Assembly: GCA_963668695.2 (NCBI GenBank)
Contig: CAXXLQ010000004.1
Location: 1,952,001-2,016,000, forward strand
Reading direction: 5' to 3'
DNA length: 64,000 nt
Source of the DNA: Vicinamibacteria bacterium
GTDB lineage: Bacteria > Acidobacteriota > Vicinamibacteria > Marinacidobacterales > Marinacidobacteraceae
A model generated the notes under the pieces. That model made no database searches. It was not told the origin of the DNA and saw only the letters and a program-made list of their open reading frames with translations. Shown one piece after another: positions 1-9,746 of this stretch. How positions within the stretch are numbered: the first letter of the stretch is position 1; each line of letters begins with the position of its first letter. Position numbers and translations under genes: made by a program.

Positions 1-645
1 GCGGACATCCGCAATCGCGTATTCCACCTGGCGAGCCGTCAATGGTCGCCGCAGCCAGTTGGACATCTGCTCCTGCTTGGATAGCTCGCGGCCCTGGAAA
101 CCGGCGACCAGCGTTCGGAGGGCGATCTGGACCTTCTTGCCGTGCCCGATGACTGCCGCTGCTACCTGCGTGTCGAAGACGTTCTTCGGCACCACGCCGG
201 CCAGCCCGTAAAAGATGTCGAAGTCGTGTTTGCCGGAGTGCACCACCTTGAGCACGGCGGGATCGGCAATGAGCGCAAAGAGCGGGTCCAGTTCCTTGAC
301 TTCGAGCGGGTCGACCACCGCCTCCACCTCCGGAGCCGCCACCTGGATCAGGCCGAGTTCCGGGAACAGCCGGTTCTCGGGGATGAACTCGGTGTCGAGC
401 GCGAACTCGCCGGCGGCTCGCAGGTCCGCTACCAGCTCGTCGAGCCCCTCTTGATCCCGGACGATCCGGATGTCGCCGATCCGGTCGGGTGAGGGTCCCG
501 GAGCGGAGGAGGGCTCTCGAGCGCCGCGCCGCGAAAAACTCCGTGCGTCGTCCCGGGCCGGTCTGCCACGGACTGGCGCCACTCCCGAGGGTCGGGCGTC
601 CGATTCTGTCCGGGTCCCGTTACGCGGTGCGTTTTGTTCTTCCAA
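1..645 (-). CDS. rnd: Ribonuclease D (DEDD 3'-5' exonuclease), 5' part; runs off left edge
   Basis: Manual translation (not in ORF track): ...EFALDTEFIPENRLFPELGLIQVA...KVVHSGKHDFDIF...NVFDTQVAA...LSKQEQMSNWLRRPLTARQVEYAIADVR, the RNase D ExoI/II/III motifs. Start uncertain (TTG 645 or GTG 582). Confidence 0.88.
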   Translation of the reverse strand, partial: MEEQNAPRNGTRTESDARPSGVAPVRGRPARDDARSFSRRGAREPSSAPGPSPDRIGDIRIVRDQEGLDELVADLRAAGEFALDTEFIPENRLFPELGLIQVAAPEVEAVVDPLEVKELDPLFALIADPAVLKVVHSGKHDFDIFYGLAGVVPKNVFDTQVAAAVIGHGKKVQIALRTLVAGFQGRELSKQEQMSNWLRRPLTARQVEYAIADVR

Positions 646-746
646 ATCTCTCCGTGGATCGTCCGTCCCAACATTTCCCTCGGCGTCCGTCCCCCGAGGA
701 CCTCCGAACCGACAACAAGGGAGAAGTGTACCGCCCGAGTCGCCTA

Positions 747-1481
747 GCAGCCTGTGGGCAAAGTGGCGTGAGCGCCGAGGCTGGCCAGTTCTCCCGGTGG
801 GGGCGAGGCGCCCGGCTGACAACGCGTGAGGGAGGAATACCTGGTGTATTCCGACCGAAACGCAACGATGAGCGGCGCGCAGCGACGCGGGTAACAGCCG
901 GTGGTGGAACCCACGTGAGCGCCGAGGCCGGCGAGGCGCCCGGCTGACAAGGCGCGTGAGGGAGGAATACCTGGTGTATTTCGACCGAAACGCAACGACG
1001 AGCGGCGCGCAGCGACGCGGTTCAGCCGGGATGGATCGCCGGCCGAACGCCGCGTGGGTTCCGCCACCGGTTGTTTGGCCGGGATGGATCGCCGGCCGAG
1101 CCCCCACCGGGAGAACTGGGCCGCGTGGGTTTCATCACCGGTTGTTTGGCCGGGATGGATCGCCGGCCGAGCCCCCACCGGGAGAACTGGGCCGCGCGGG
1201 TTTCATTACAGGCTGTTTGGCCGGGATGGATCGCCGGCCGAGCCCCACCGGGAGAACTGGGCCGCGCGGGTTTCATTACAGGCTGTTTGGCCGGGATGGA
1301 TCGCCGACCGAGCCCCCACCGGGAGAACTGGGCCGCGCGGGTTTCATTACAGGCTGTTTGGCCGGGATGGATCGCCGACCGAGCCCCCACCGGGAGAACT
1401 GGGCCGCGCGGGTTTCATTACAGGCTGTTCAGCCGGGATGGATCGCCGGCCGAACGCCGCGTGACTTTGTCCACAGGCTGC
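747..1481 (+). mobile_element. Composite MITE-like element (family A) with nested copy and tandem 53/71-bp array
   Basis: TA|GCAGCCTGTGG...CCACAGGCTGC|TA; second left end at about 894; seven GGGATGGATCG units at 1028, 1081, 1152, 1223, 1293, 1364 and 1435. Confidence 0.88.
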
Positions 1482-1494
1482 TAGTCCCTGGGAT

Positions 1495-2937
1495 GTGCGA
1501 CGATATCGAGTAGTAGTTCCCGTCATCTTGGAAGAACCCGGCCTCCTCAGCGTCCTTCCCCCGGTCCTCGCCATCCTGGTCGCCCTGGCTACCCGCCAGG
1601 CGGTGCTCGCCCTGCTCGCCGGCGTTTTGTTCGGGGAGCTGGTTCTCGGTGGCGGGAACGTCTTCTCCGCGCTGGCCGGCACGGTGGCCCGGATCACCGA
1701 CGCCTTTGCGGGCAATCCCGCCATCCTTCTCTTCAGCACGCTGGTGGGGTCCGTGCTGGCGCTGATCGGATTCACCGGCGGGGTTACCGGTTTTGTGAAA
1801 TGGGTCACTTCCCGCCGCCTCGTTACGGGTCCGCGAGGGGCGCAGGCGCTCGCCCTGCTGCTCGGGCTCGGCATCTTCGTCGAGTCGAGCATCACCTGTC
1901 TCGTGAGCGGCACGGTGGCGCGCCCGCTCTTTGACCGCTTCAGGCTTTCCCGGGAGAAACTCGCCTATCTCACCGATTCGACCTCGGCCCCGGTCTGCAT
2001 CCTCCTGCCCATGAACGGCTGGGGGGCGCTCATCATCACCATCCTGGGAACGCTCGGTATCGAGAGCGGGGTCTCCGTGCTGGTGGCGAGCATCCCCCTG
2101 AACTTCTATGCGCTCGCCGCGTTGGGGCTGGCCTTTTTCTTCGGCCTTTCGGGGCGGGATTTCGGCCCCATGGCACGCGCCGAGCACCGGGCCAGGACGA
2201 CCGGACAGGTCATCCGGGAAGGCGCCCGGCCCCTTGTTTCCACGGAAGTCCTCGCACTCCCTCCCGGACCGGGAGTGCCCGATCGGGCCCGGAACATGAT
2301 CGTGCCCCTGGCGGTTCTGCTTGTCATGATCTTCCTCGGGCTGTGGATCACCGGCGAGGGCAACCTGCTCGCCGGGGACGGAGGGACTGCCGTCCTCTGG
2401 GCCGTGCTCGCTGCGGTGATAACGGCGGCCATCCTGGGAATCGCCCAGCGCGTCCTCCGGGTATCCGAAACGGTGGACCTCGTACTGCAGGGAGCCGGCG
2501 GGATGGTGCCGGTCGTCACCGTTCTCCTCGCTTCCTTCGCCATTGCAGCGGTGGCGCGGGATCTTGGGACCGGGGTCTATCTCGCGGGGGTGGCGGAGGC
2601 TGCCATGCCGGCCTGGCTTGTTCCGGCAGTGCTCTTCGTCGTGACGTCGGTGGTCGCGTTTTCCACCGGGACATCGTGGGGGACGTTCGCCATCATGCTC
2701 CCGATTGCGGTTCCGGCTGCCGCCGTGCTCGGCATCGATCTTCCCCTCGTCGTGGGAGCGGTGCTCTCGGGAGGGATCTTCGGCGATCACTGCTCGCCGA
2801 TCTCGGACACCACGATCATCGCCTCCATGGCGTCCGGGTCCGACCTCGTGGACCACGTGAACACTCAGCTTCCGTATGCGCTGCTGGGCGGGGCCGCCGC
2901 TACGGTTCTGTTCGTGGTCGCGGGGCTCCTGTCCTGA
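1495..2937 (+). CDS. Na+/H+ antiporter NhaC family transporter
   Basis: Polytopic membrane protein with SREKLAYLTDSTSAP, FSTGTSWGTFAIMLP and GGIFGDHCSPISDTT motifs; true start may be TTG near 1528. Confidence 0.88.
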   Translation: MRRYRVVVPVILEEPGLLSVLPPVLAILVALATRQAVLALLAGVLFGELVLGGGNVFSALAGTVARITDAFAGNPAILLFSTLVGSVLALIGFTGGVTGFVKWVTSRRLVTGPRGAQALALLLGLGIFVESSITCLVSGTVARPLFDRFRLSREKLAYLTDSTSAPVCILLPMNGWGALIITILGTLGIESGVSVLVASIPLNFYALAALGLAFFFGLSGRDFGPMARAEHRARTTGQVIREGARPLVSTEVLALPPGPGVPDRARNMIVPLAVLLVMIFLGLWITGEGNLLAGDGGTAVLWAVLAAVITAAILGIAQRVLRVSETVDLVLQGAGGMVPVVTVLLASFAIAAVARDLGTGVYLAGVAEAAMPAWLVPAVLFVVTSVVAFSTGTSWGTFAIMLPIAVPAAAVLGIDLPLVVGAVLSGGIFGDHCSPISDTTIIASMASGSDLVDHVNTQLPYALLGGAAATVLFVVAGLLS

Positions 2938-2978
2938 CGCCCGAAATCCACGGGGTCTCCCCCTAGAATTGGGAGCCC

Positions 2979-3842
2979 GTGTCGGAAAACGCCTTACTTG
3001 ACACCCTCGCGGACGAGGCGCGGCCCTTGTCTGACGGGACTCCGGAGCTTGTCCCCCTAGACCCCGACCATCCCGGTTTCCGGGATCCCGTGTATCGGGC
3101 TCGCCGGAACGCCATCGCGAAGCTCGCCTACGAGTACGCCCCGGGAGACCCGGTGCCCACGGTGGCCTACACCGACGAAGAGCACGCCGTCTGGAGCCGC
3201 GTCCGCGAACTCCTCGATCCGCGGCACCGGGACTTCGCCTGCGCCGAGTACCTGGAATGCGTGGATACAGTGGCGCTTGACCCCACCCGGATCCCGCAGC
3301 TCGAGGACGTGAACGCCCGCATCCGGCCGCTGACGGGATTCCGCATGTTCCCGGTTGCCGGTCTGGTCACGGCTCGGGCGTTCCTTTCGTTCCTCGCTCA
3401 CCGGATCTTTCTCGCTACCCAGTACATTCGTCACGCTAGCCGGCCGCTCTACACCCCCGAACCCGACGTCATCCATGAGTTCGTAGGCCACGCCGCCTCC
3501 TTTGCGCACCCGCTCTACGGCCGCCTGAGCGCCCACTTCGGGCGCGCCGCCCGCGCGGCGAGCGACGAGGACGTCGAACGGATCGCCCGCCTTTACTGGT
3601 TCACTCTCGAATTCGGGGCGGCCATCGAAGACGGCATCCCCAAGGCTTACGGCGCGGGGCTTCTTTCCTCGGCCGGTGAGATGGACCGTCTCCGGGAGGC
3701 GGAACTCCGGCGGTTCGACTGTCGGACGATGGCGGACACCCCTTACGACCCCACCGATTTCCAGCCGTTTTATTTCATCGCGCCGAGCTTCGGCGCGATG
3801 CACGAGCAGGTGAGCGACTTCCTGAGGACCTTCTCCGACTGA
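2979..3842 (+). CDS. phhA: Phenylalanine 4-monooxygenase (biopterin-dependent aromatic amino acid hydroxylase)
   Basis: DHPGFRDPVYRARR, TQYIRH, YTPEPDVIHEFVGH, YWFTLEFG and KAYGAGLLSS motifs. Confidence 0.93.
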   Translation: MSENALLDTLADEARPLSDGTPELVPLDPDHPGFRDPVYRARRNAIAKLAYEYAPGDPVPTVAYTDEEHAVWSRVRELLDPRHRDFACAEYLECVDTVALDPTRIPQLEDVNARIRPLTGFRMFPVAGLVTARAFLSFLAHRIFLATQYIRHASRPLYTPEPDVIHEFVGHAASFAHPLYGRLSAHFGRAARAASDEDVERIARLYWFTLEFGAAIEDGIPKAYGAGLLSSAGEMDRLREAELRRFDCRTMADTPYDPTDFQPFYFIAPSFGAMHEQVSDFLRTFSD

Positions 3843-3905
3843 TCGGCTCGGCGGTCGAGCCTCCACCGGGAGAACGGGGCCGCGCGACCTGTTCAGATGC
3901 TGCTA

Positions 3906-4620
3906 ACAGCCTGTGGTGGAACCCGGGTGAGCGCCGAGGTTGGCCAGTTCTCCCGGTGGGGGCGAGGCCCAGTTCTCCCGGTGGGGCCAGTCCTCCCGGT
4001 GGGGGCCCGGCTGACAAGGCGCGTGAGGGAGGAATACCGGGTGTATTCCGACCGAAACGCAACGATGAGCGGCGCGAAGCGACGCGGTTCAGCCGGGATG
4101 GATCGCCGGCCGAGCCCCCACCGGGAGAACTGGGCCGCGTGGGTTTCACTGCCGGCTGTTCAGCCGGGATGGATCGCCGGCCGAGCCCCCACCGGGAGAA
4201 CTGGGCCGCGCGGGTTTCACTACCGGCTGTTCGGCCGGGATGGATCGCCGGCCGCACGCCGCGTGGGTTTCACTGCCGGCTGTTCAGCCGGGATGGATCG
4301 CCAGCCGCACGCCGCGTGGGTTTCACTGCCGGCGGTTCAGCCGGGATGGATCGCCGGCCGAGCCCCCACCGGGAGAACTGGGCCGCGTGGGTTTCACTGC
4401 CGGCTGTTTGGCCGGGATGGATCGCCGGCCGAGCCCCCACCGGGAGAACTGGGCCGCGTGGGTTTCACTGCCGGCTGTTTGGCCGGGATGGATCGCCGGC
4501 CGAGCCCCCACCGGGAGAACTGGGCCGCGTGGGTTTCGCTACCGGTTGTTTGGCGGGATGGATCGCCGCCGAGCCGCCCCACCGGGAGAACTGGGCCGCC
4601 TGGGTTTCGCCACAGGCTGT
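3906..4620 (+). mobile_element. MITE-like element (family A) with tandem 53/71-bp array
   Basis: TA|ACAGCCTGTGG...CCACAGGCTGT|TA; eight right-end units at 4095, 4166, 4237, 4290, 4343, 4414, 4485 and 4555; right end overlaps the stop codon of the PP2C gene. Confidence 0.88.
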
Positions 4621-5879
4621 TAAGCGCGGATGACCAGCACCGTCTGGTCGTCGTCGGGGGCACCGCCCCGAAACCGCCGGACGCCCTTGAGGACGCTGTC
4701 ACAGACCTCGGCGGCGGGAGTTCCGAGATCCCGCTCCCGGCGGAGCAGTTCACCGAGGCGCTCCCGGCCGAAGAGTTCGTCCTCGCGATTCGAGGCCTCG
4801 GTGATTCCGTCGGTGTAGAAGGCGAGCAGGTCTCCGTCGCCCAACTGGATCACCTGCTCGAAGTACCGGGGCGACGGGAAGAGGCCCACCGGCAGGCCGC
4901 CGGCGTGGATCAACTCGATCTGGCCGCTCGCCCGGACCAGCACGGGTGGCGGGTGTCCCGCGTTGATGTGGATCAACCGGCGGAGGGGAACATCCAGCAG
5001 CCCGAAGAACAAGGTTGCGTAGCGGGTCTCTCCCACCGTCTCGTAGAGCAACTGGTTGGTGCGCCCCACAATCACCCGGAGCGTGAGGCTCGACTTGGCG
5101 AGCGAAAAGACCGAGGCGCGCAGCGCGGCCACCAGCAGCGCTGCGGGGATGCCCTTCCCCGCCACGTCGGCCATCGCGATCCCCCAGCGATCTTCTCCCA
5201 GTGAAATCAGGTCGTAGTAGTCGCCGCCCACCTGCGAACACGGTTCATAGACCGCCGCGATCTCCAACCCCTCGAGGATCGGACATTCGTGCGGGAGCAG
5301 GTCGTGCAACACCCGTCCCGCAACTTCCATCTCGGAAATGAGTTCCCGGCCCTCGACCGCCTTCTCGTAGAACAGAATGCGTTCGACAGCGGGCGCCACT
5401 CCGAGGGAGTACGAGCGCAGCATCCGAAGGTCCGCCTGGCCGAACGCGGCGGGATCCGGGGACTCGGCGACCACCGCCCCGAGGCGCCGGCCGCCGGCCC
5501 CGAGGAGCGGCGCCGCGATGGCGGAAGCCGACCCCGGGTTCAGGTCGGGATCGGAGGCCGCCGCGGCCGTTACCGCAAGCAACTCGGGCCGTCCGCTGTC
5601 GAGCACCTTCCGCGCGATTCCGCCGGAGGGGAGTTGCCCGGCGTCGGATCCCGAAACATCAGGCACCAGGCTGTCGCGCCCGCGCGCCCGCCGGCAAATC
5701 ACGGTCTGCCCATCGAGTGCGACGGAGCAGAGGGTTGCCCGGTCGCAGCGCGGGAGCACGTGGCGGAGCCCGGCGAGGATGGTGTCCGCCGTGCGTCCGA
5801 TTTCGAGGCTGCGCCCGATCTCCTGGAACACCTCGAGCAGGTGCTCGGGGCCGGTCTCCGGCGGGTCTGCTCCGGTCAT
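4620..5879 (-). CDS. GAF + SpoIIE (PP2C-type, RsbU-like) protein phosphatase
   Basis: VGGDYYD, DVAGKG, INAGHPPP, FYTDGITE and DDQT motifs; N-terminal GAF-like region. Confidence 0.9.
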   Translation of the reverse strand: MTGADPPETGPEHLLEVFQEIGRSLEIGRTADTILAGLRHVLPRCDRATLCSVALDGQTVICRRARGRDSLVPDVSGSDAGQLPSGGIARKVLDSGRPELLAVTAAAASDPDLNPGSASAIAAPLLGAGGRRLGAVVAESPDPAAFGQADLRMLRSYSLGVAPAVERILFYEKAVEGRELISEMEVAGRVLHDLLPHECPILEGLEIAAVYEPCSQVGGDYYDLISLGEDRWGIAMADVAGKGIPAALLVAALRASVFSLAKSSLTLRVIVGRTNQLLYETVGETRYATLFFGLLDVPLRRLIHINAGHPPPVLVRASGQIELIHAGGLPVGLFPSPRYFEQVIQLGDGDLLAFYTDGITEASNREDELFGRERLGELLRRERDLGTPAAEVCDSVLKGVRRFRGGAPDDDQTVLVIRA

Positions 5880-5899
5880 GGGTGGCGGCGCTGACCTTA

Positions 5900-6080
5900 G
5901 CAGTCTGTGGTGAAACCCAGGCGGCGTTCGAGCGGCGATCCATCCCGCCTGAACCGCGCCGCTTTGCGGCGCTCGGCGTTGCGTTTCGGTCGAAATACAC
6001 CAGGTATTCCTCCCTTACGCGCCTTGTCAGGCGGGCGCCTCCCCGCTCTCGGCGCTCACCCGGGTTTCACCACCGACTGC
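5900..6080 (-). mobile_element. MITE-like element (family A), inverted, lacking the 18-mer inserts
   Basis: GCAGTCTGTGG...CCACCGACTGC ends; body is the reverse complement of the family consensus. Confidence 0.85.
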
Positions 6081-6099
6081 GAGCGCCAACCGGGTTTGG

Positions 6100-6768
6100 T
6101 TAACGCATCGCGAAGCAGTAGTAGAGACCGTCGCCGCCGGTGCCCTGAAGATCGGCCTGCCCGCAGCCGCGGGAGGCGTGGGCCGAGTTCCAGGAGGTGC
6201 CGTCGTCGCCTCCGCCCGTCCGGTCGTGATGGCCGACCCGGGCGCTGCCGTCACCGGCGCTGCTCATCCAGTTGCTGCAGGTGGTGTCTCCGTCAGCCAT
6301 GAACGCCATCCCGTCCGAGGCGGATCCGGTGATGATGTCGTGCCGGTTGACGTCGTCGCCCCGGCCGCTGATGACTTCGCCCTTTTCGGAGACCGAGTTT
6401 TCCTTGCTGAGCTGGTTGGAGTCGCTATGGAGGTCGGCAAGGCTTTCCGCCACCATGACGCCATTTGCGTTGTGCCACGATCCGTCGCCAATGCGGTCCT
6501 TGGCGTTGACGCCGCCGTCGTCGGTGGTGCTCAGATAGGCGTGCCAGGCGAGGCCGCTTGCGGCGCCGGCCTCATCGGCCAGCATGGCGCAGTGGGCGTC
6601 CGCGCCGTCGAGTCCGCCGAGGTTCGCTCCGTCGCCCGGACCCCGGCTGGTCAGGAAGAAGGTCATGTCCGACTGGGCGGCGGGGACCCCTTCGGGGGCT
6701 GCGAACGAGAAGCCGAAGGCTGCCAGGATTCCGGCGGCGACGAGGCAGAAGAAGAGAGTGCGCTTCAT
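6100..6768 (-). CDS. Secreted Cys-containing lectin/endostatin-like protein
   Basis: Signal peptide; FFLTS..GANLGGLDGADAHC, WHAYLS, HDIITGS, TCSNW, WNSAHASRGC and GLYYCFA pattern of a conserved bacterial lectin-like family. Confidence 0.65.
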   Translation of the reverse strand: MKRTLFFCLVAAGILAAFGFSFAAPEGVPAAQSDMTFFLTSRGPGDGANLGGLDGADAHCAMLADEAGAASGLAWHAYLSTTDDGGVNAKDRIGDGSWHNANGVMVAESLADLHSDSNQLSKENSVSEKGEVISGRGDDVNRHDIITGSASDGMAFMADGDTTCSNWMSSAGDGSARVGHHDRTGGGDDGTSWNSAHASRGCGQADLQGTGGDGLYYCFAMR

Positions 6769-6996
6769 GGAGAATTCCTTTCCGGCACGGAAGCCGGAGC
6801 GCTCATTGTAGGGAACGCGGGCTGGTGGCTGCCGCGTGCTGCGCTTCCGCTACTGGTGGCGCGATCCGGGACCGCGGGCCAGTCTCCTCCCGGTGGGGGC
6901 CTTCAGACCGGCATCGCGCGCCGGAGACGGGCGAGACGGACACTGTCCACGCTGGGGGCGCTGGATCGATGCTCTTTCTCCGTCTGCGTCCTCGCG

Positions 6997-8085
6997 TCAC
7001 CGGAGGCGGCGGATTCCGTACCAGAGCAGGGGCAGGATGAAGATGACCCAGAACCCATAGGTGAGGATCCGGTACCCAATTCCGATCAGGTCTTCGAGTC
7101 CCGCCTGGGCCAACAGGATGGCGGCAAGCAGCACGACCGTCGAGGTTGCGGGCCGGAGCCACAGTTTGAGTTCGCGGCCGCTCTCCTCCATCGCGCGGGC
7201 TACTCGTTCGTTGACCGCGTGGATCAGGCTGGTCGCGGTCTCGATCAGGGTTCCGAACAGGATGACCTGGAAGCCGAAGAGGAGGAGCGGTGACCCGATC
7301 TTGGCCAACAGCGTGAGCGAAGGGACCGTTTCCTCCACCATCCCCGGCCCGAGGCCGGCGATCGCAATGAAAAAGAGGACCGCCGGGATGATCCCGATGG
7401 GGCCGGCCAGGACCCCGGCCACCATGGCGTCGCGCCGCGTCCGCAGGTGGTGTGCGCAAAACAGCACTGCGGGAAGCGTGCCCACGTTGTACGCCATGTA
7501 TTCGGCGCCACCCAGCGCCCAGTCGCTCGTCACCTCGCCCTGAGCGAGAGCGGCCGTGATTTCCGGTCCGAAGGACCGGAACGCCGCGATGAGCACCAGC
7601 ACGTACACCGCGTAGAGGGCGAGTGACCAAAAGGACAGGAAGTTCACGACGGTGGTGGTCCCCTTCAGGACCAGCCAGCCCACGGCGACCATGATGGCGA
7701 GTACCCCGGCGGCATACGGCAAGCCAAGCGAGCGGGAGGCGATCTCGCCGCCGGCGGCCGCCACCACGGAAACCACCACCAGCATGCACGCGAGGTAGGT
7801 GACCTCGTAGAGCCAGTTCCACTTCCCGAGGAGCTCGCGGGTCATCGTCCGGTAGTCGTACGAGCCCGACCGCCGCGCGATCTCAAACGTAAGGAAGCAG
7901 ACGATGGACCAGAGCGGCATCGTCACGAGCAGCATCCCGAGGAGTCCGCCAACAACGCCCTTGGTCAGGAAGAAGTCCACCAGCTCGCGCCCGGTGCCGT
8001 AACCCCCGGCGATGATCATGGACTGGAAGCAGAAACCCGGCAGCAGGAATCGGCGGAACCAGTCGGAACGAAGCGGATTCTTCAT
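6997..8085 (-). CDS. YkvI-family membrane protein (putative transporter)
   Basis: LLPGFCFQSMIIAGGYGTGRELVDFF N-terminal signature; about 10 hydrophobic segments. Confidence 0.75.
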   Translation of the reverse strand: MKNPLRSDWFRRFLLPGFCFQSMIIAGGYGTGRELVDFFLTKGVVGGLLGMLLVTMPLWSIVCFLTFEIARRSGSYDYRTMTRELLGKWNWLYEVTYLACMLVVVSVVAAAGGEIASRSLGLPYAAGVLAIMVAVGWLVLKGTTTVVNFLSFWSLALYAVYVLVLIAAFRSFGPEITAALAQGEVTSDWALGGAEYMAYNVGTLPAVLFCAHHLRTRRDAMVAGVLAGPIGIIPAVLFFIAIAGLGPGMVEETVPSLTLLAKIGSPLLLFGFQVILFGTLIETATSLIHAVNERVARAMEESGRELKLWLRPATSTVVLLAAILLAQAGLEDLIGIGYRILTYGFWVIFILPLLWYGIRRLR

Positions 8086-8137
8086 GGGGTTCTCCCCGGG
8101 GGAATGGCGGCCAAGAATACCCGCCGGCTCAGGGCTT

Positions 8138-8252
8138 CCCGGGGTTACGGCCGGGACCGGCGCCCCGGCGTCCTGTGGCGCGGTTCAGGCGGGATGGATC
8201 GCCGCTCGAACGCCCGGGGTTACGGCCGGGACCGGCGCCCCGGCGTCCTGTG
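8138..8252. repeat. 40-bp direct repeat flanking an internal fragment of MITE family A
   Basis: CCCGGGGTTACGGCCGGGACCGGCGCCCCGGCGTCCTGTG at 8138-8177 and 8213-8252; the intervening GCGCGGTTCAGGCGGGATGGATCGCCGCTCGAACG matches family A. Confidence 0.8.
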
Positions 8253-8259
8253 TTTCCTC

Positions 8260-8763
8260 TTAATTCGTCCGGGGCAATTCCCGGGGGCGGATCAACGCCT
8301 CGAGAGTGGCCGCGGCCGGCAGGAGTCCGCTCCAGTCGGGGGCCGGGACGGAAACGACCGCGAGGGCAGCGGTCGGGAAATGCTCGTAGCGGCCGCCGAA
8401 GCGCGCCACGAGATCTTCCATGCCGGGGTTGTGTGCCACCACCAGCAGGGGAGATGTGCTCCCGCCCTCCTCGCTCACGATTTCCACGATCTCGTCCGGA
8501 CTGGACCCGTAGAGATCCGGAACCAGGCGCAAGGCGTCCGGGGCCGCACCAGCCGCTTCCAGCGCGAGGGCGGCGGTTTCGCGAGCGCGCCGCGCCGTTG
8601 AAACGAGCGCCGTCGCGGGAATGAGCTCATGTTCCCGCAGGTAACAGCCCATGCGCGGTGCGTCCCGTAGTCCACGCGGCGCCAGGGGGCGGTCGTGGTC
8701 GCGGAGACCGGGGTGGTTCCAGTCCGACTTGGCGTGGCGGAGCAGCAGCAACTGCAACATCAC
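8260..8763 (-). CDS. sixA: SixA-like phosphohistidine phosphatase
   Basis: LLLRHAKSDW, DHDRPL, STARRARET and VVAHNPG motifs. Confidence 0.85.
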   Translation of the reverse strand: MMLQLLLLRHAKSDWNHPGLRDHDRPLAPRGLRDAPRMGCYLREHELIPATALVSTARRARETAALALEAAGAAPDALRLVPDLYGSSPDEIVEIVSEEGGSTSPLLVVAHNPGMEDLVARFGGRYEHFPTAALAVVSVPAPDWSGLLPAAATLEALIRPRELPRTN

Positions 8764-9746
8764 GCCGCTCCGTAGGCTTCCTCGACCGAGTCCGCACCGG
8801 CGAGGATCCGCGAGTACACCCCCGGGTCCACGTTGCCCCCGGTAACTACGACCAGCACCTCTTTTTCCAGGAACCTTTGGGGATCGGTGAGCAGTGCTCC
8901 GATCCCGAGGGCCCCGGTGGGCTCGGCCTTCAGGTTGGCCGCGGCAAAGAGCTTCCGCACGCCCTCGGCGATCTGCGGCTCGGGCACTTCGACGATGTCC
9001 TGCAGCCCCTGCCGGAGGATGGCCCAGTTGTTCTCGCCAAGCCGGGGAAGCCGCGCCCCGTCCGCGAGCGAGAGCGCCTCGCCGGAGTGGCTGACCAGTT
9101 CTCCGCGGCGGAGCGATGCGGCGGCGTCGTTCGCGAGAAGTGGTTCCGCACCGATTACCGGGATCTCGGGCAGCCCGGCGGAGCGAAGGCCGGTCAGGAT
9201 TCCCGAACTGATCCCGCCGCCGCCGATGGGAACCACCACCACGGCGTTTTGGCGGCGGGCCGGGGCCCAGCGGGCGAGACGCGCTGCGATCTCGACCCCC
9301 AGCGTGGCGTTTCCGGCGATCACCGCCGGATCGTCGTAGGCGCTCGCCACTTCGGCCTCGGGCAGGTCTCGGAGCAGGCGGACCACCGCGTCGTCCCGTG
9401 ACTCTTTTTCCACATCCGTCAGTTCCACCTGGGCGCCGTGGCTGCGAACGGCGTCGATCTTGACCCGGGCGGAGATGGAAGGCATCACGATGGTCGCGCG
9501 TTTCGAGAGCAGCTTGCAGGCAAGCGCGAGCGCCTGGCCGAAGTTGCCGGAAGAGGCGGCGAGGAGGTGCGGGGCGGGCGAAGTCCGGGCCCGGTGAAAC
9601 GCCGCCCGGAACTTGAAGCTCCCGGTACGCTGGAACGTCTCACTGACCAGGGTGACCCGGATGCCGAGCGCCGCCCGCAGTCTCTCGGGTTCGATCCAGG
9701 TGGTGGGGCGGACCGCGAAGGGACGGTCCGGGACGGTCAGGTTCAT
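8760..9746 (-). CDS. PLP-dependent threonine/serine dehydratase family protein
   Basis: ETFQRTGSFKFRAA, SSGNFG, PIGGGG and VVVTGGNVD motifs. Confidence 0.85.
   Translation of the reverse strand: MNLTVPDRPFAVRPTTWIEPERLRAALGIRVTLVSETFQRTGSFKFRAAFHRARTSPAPHLLAASSGNFGQALALACKLLSKRATIVMPSISARVKIDAVRSHGAQVELTDVEKESRDDAVVRLLRDLPEAEVASAYDDPAVIAGNATLGVEIAARLARWAPARRQNAVVVVPIGGGGISSGILTGLRSAGLPEIPVIGAEPLLANDAAASLRRGELVSHSGEALSLADGARLPRLGENNWAILRQGLQDIVEVPEPQIAEGVRKLFAAANLKAEPTGALGIGALLTDPQRFLEKEVLVVVTGGNVDPGVYSRILAGADSVEEAYGAA

Noticed and set aside
2964-2969. TAGAAT as -10 box of phhA
   Set aside because: Plausible, but there is no convincing -35 at proper spacing, so it is not supportable from sequence alone.
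1025-4620. 53/71-bp arrays as CRISPR arrays
   Set aside because: Units are contiguous near-identical copies without unique spacers, and no cas genes are in the window.
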